Positions 24,508 to 25,967 of a stretch of DNA of 25,967 nucleotides are shown piece by piece. A program made the position numbers and the translations under genes. The DNA comes from a virus (Duplodnaviria > Caudoviricetes): positions 1 through 25,967 of the IMG/VR virus record IMGVR_UViG_3300025723_000898, one strand, 5' to 3'. The notes beneath the pieces were generated by a model, which had not been told where the DNA came from, ran no database searches, and saw only the letters and a program-made list of their open reading frames with translations. Each line of letters begins with the position of its first letter. Within the stretch, counting starts at the first letter, position 1.

Positions 24508-25725
24508 ATGGCTACCGCAGTTGCTACACGTATTGAAGGTCGTAAAATTGAAGAAAAACTTATCACAGCTCGTGTTGGACTATTGCTCCGTCACAGCTTC
24601 TTTGGCAATCTAGCTACACGTTTGCGTATGGTTGATTGCACTGATGATCCGCATATTAATACTGCTGCAACTGATGGTCGTCATTTCTATTTTGATACTA
24701 ACTTTGTTGACAAACTAAGCCCTAAACAAACAGAGTTTCTATTTTGCCATGAGGTTCTCCATAATGTATTTGATCATATGGGCCGTCGTAATAATCGCGA
24801 TCCTGACATTTGGAATATCGCTTGCGACTATGCAATCAATCAGATCCTCGTAGATGATCGTATTGGTGACAAGATTACACAGGTAAAAATCTTTCAAGAT
24901 AACAAATATCGAGGCAAGAGTGCTGAAGAAATCTATGATATTATCTTTGAGAAATATGACCTCCAGCAGCTACAACAACTCGGTGAGCTGTTAGATCAAC
25001 ATCTTGATCAAGACGGTAATGGAGAAGACGATAAGGACGGTAAAAGCAAGCGCAAGAAATATACAAAGGATGAGCTACGTAAGATCCGTGATGAGATGAA
25101 GGAAGCAATGATCAGTGCTGCTCAGAGTGCAGGTGCTGGTAATATTCCTGCCGGTGTGCGTCGTATGATCAGCGAACTTACCGAACCCAAGATCGATTGG
25201 CGTGAGCTTCTTAAACAGCAGATCCAGAGCACTATCCGTAATGATTACACTTGGATGCGTCCTTCACGCAAAGGCTGGCACACCGGTGCTATCCTCCCAG
25301 GTATGAACTACGATCAGACTATCGATGTTGCTGTTGCTATTGATATGAGCGGTTCTATCTCAAACAAGATGGCACGTGACTTCCTTAGCGAGATTAAAGG
25401 CATTATGGATCAGTTCAAGGACTTCCACATTAAGCTTTGGTGTTTTGATACTGACATTTATAATGTTGTCGATATTACTGCTGATAACATTCAAGAGTTC
25501 GAAAGTTATGAGCCCAAGGGTGGCGGTGGCACTGACTTTGATGCTAACTGGAAGATGATGAAGGAAGAAAATCTTGTTCCTAAGAAGTTCATTATGTTTA
25601 CAGATGGTTATCCTTTCAGTAGCTGGGGTGATCCAGACTATTGCGATACAGTGTTTATCATCCATGGTCCCGAGACTATCAAGCCCCCTTTTGGGGTATA
25701 CAGTCACTATGAGTTTAAGGAATGA
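24508..25725 (+). CDS. DUF2201-type putative metallopeptidase with C-terminal VWA domain (MoxR partner)
   Basis: TAATDG, HEVLH (HExxH), WNIACDYAIN, MIDAS DMSGS, GGGGTDF, FTDG. SD AGGAG then ATG 24508. Confidence 0.9.
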   Translation: MATAVATRIEGRKIEEKLITARVGLLLRHSFFGNLATRLRMVDCTDDPHINTAATDGRHFYFDTNFVDKLSPKQTEFLFCHEVLHNVFDHMGRRNNRDPDIWNIACDYAINQILVDDRIGDKITQVKIFQDNKYRGKSAEEIYDIIFEKYDLQQLQQLGELLDQHLDQDGNGEDDKDGKSKRKKYTKDELRKIRDEMKEAMISAAQSAGAGNIPAGVRRMISELTEPKIDWRELLKQQIQSTIRNDYTWMRPSRKGWHTGAILPGMNYDQTIDVAVAIDMSGSISNKMARDFLSEIKGIMDQFKDFHIKLWCFDTDIYNVVDITADNIQEFESYEPKGGGGTDFDANWKMMKEENLVPKKFIMFTDGYPFSSWGDPDYCDTVFIIHGPETIKPPFGVYSHYEFKE

Positions 25726-25967
25726 AGGAATTTAAAATCAATCCGTTAAACGTGTTGAGTGAGAGGAGATTAGAAGTTCTCCCCTCACACTTCACTGTCA
25801 TTGAAATAAAATCAAGTGTTTTTAGAAGAGATGCAGTTAAATGGATTACAGCCAATCTTCGTGGTAGATTTTTTTATGGTCAGCTAACTAAGTTAGTGAA
25901 TGATCGTGTACAACAATACGATGCTGTAGGTTTTGAAGATCCTAAAGAAACTACAATGTTTTTATTA
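25722..25967 (+). CDS. Hypothetical protein, truncated by the window end (MKEFKINPLNVL...)
   Basis: ATGA overlap with the VWA gene stop; open for 82 codons to the end. Not listed in the ORF track. Confidence 0.7.
   Translation, partial: MKEFKINPLNVLSERRLEVLPSHFTVIEIKSSVFRRDAVKWITANLRGRFFYGQLTKLVNDRVQQYDAVGFEDPKETTMFLL

Noticed and set aside
1064-25707. All minus-strand ORFs in the track and short alternative-frame plus-strand ORFs (e.g. 10824, 18188, 19418, 21402, 25376)
   Set aside because: They lie within well-supported plus-strand genes, lack SD sites and protein-like motifs, and are shadow ORFs.
1-25967. tRNA, rRNA, integrase or transposase genes
   Set aside because: Intergenic gaps are all under about 75 nt and are occupied by promoters or terminators. 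No cloverleaf or mobile-element motifs were seen.

Overview
This is an AT-rich, densely coding, all plus-strand segment of a large tailed dsDNA phage genome (distantly T4-like or jumbo-type, judged from gene content). Positions 1-8090 form a probable late/structural block: a highly repetitive Ser/Thr-rich protein truncated by the window start, a 1106-aa virion-type protein, and a GT25 glycosyltransferase. Positions 8136-12608 are a replication block: DsbA/GapR-like DNA-binding protein, family B DNA polymerase, an inserted NAD-dependent epimerase, and a probable sliding clamp. Positions 12812-20622 hold a 7-deazaguanine DNA-modification cluster: DpdA/TGT-family transglycosylase, a QueD-like T-fold protein with LxxxHRHxF, FolE, and QueE with a split radical-SAM motif. 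A GT-B glycosyltransferase, a purine-type phosphoribosyltransferase, a 2OG-Fe(II) oxygenase and unknown genes are interleaved, and no QueC, QueF or canonical QueD is present in the window. The rest encodes a T4 RNase H-like 5'-3' exonuclease, small unknown genes and a MoxR AAA+/metallopeptidase-VWA pair. Six sigma70-type promoters, late-type TAAATA boxes, terminators and a T4 gene 43-like operator hairpin are visible. The strongest novelty candidate is a deazaguanine pathway extended by a glycosyltransferase and a PRTase, possibly yielding an undescribed hypermodified base. All product calls come from motif recognition by eye; no database searches were run.
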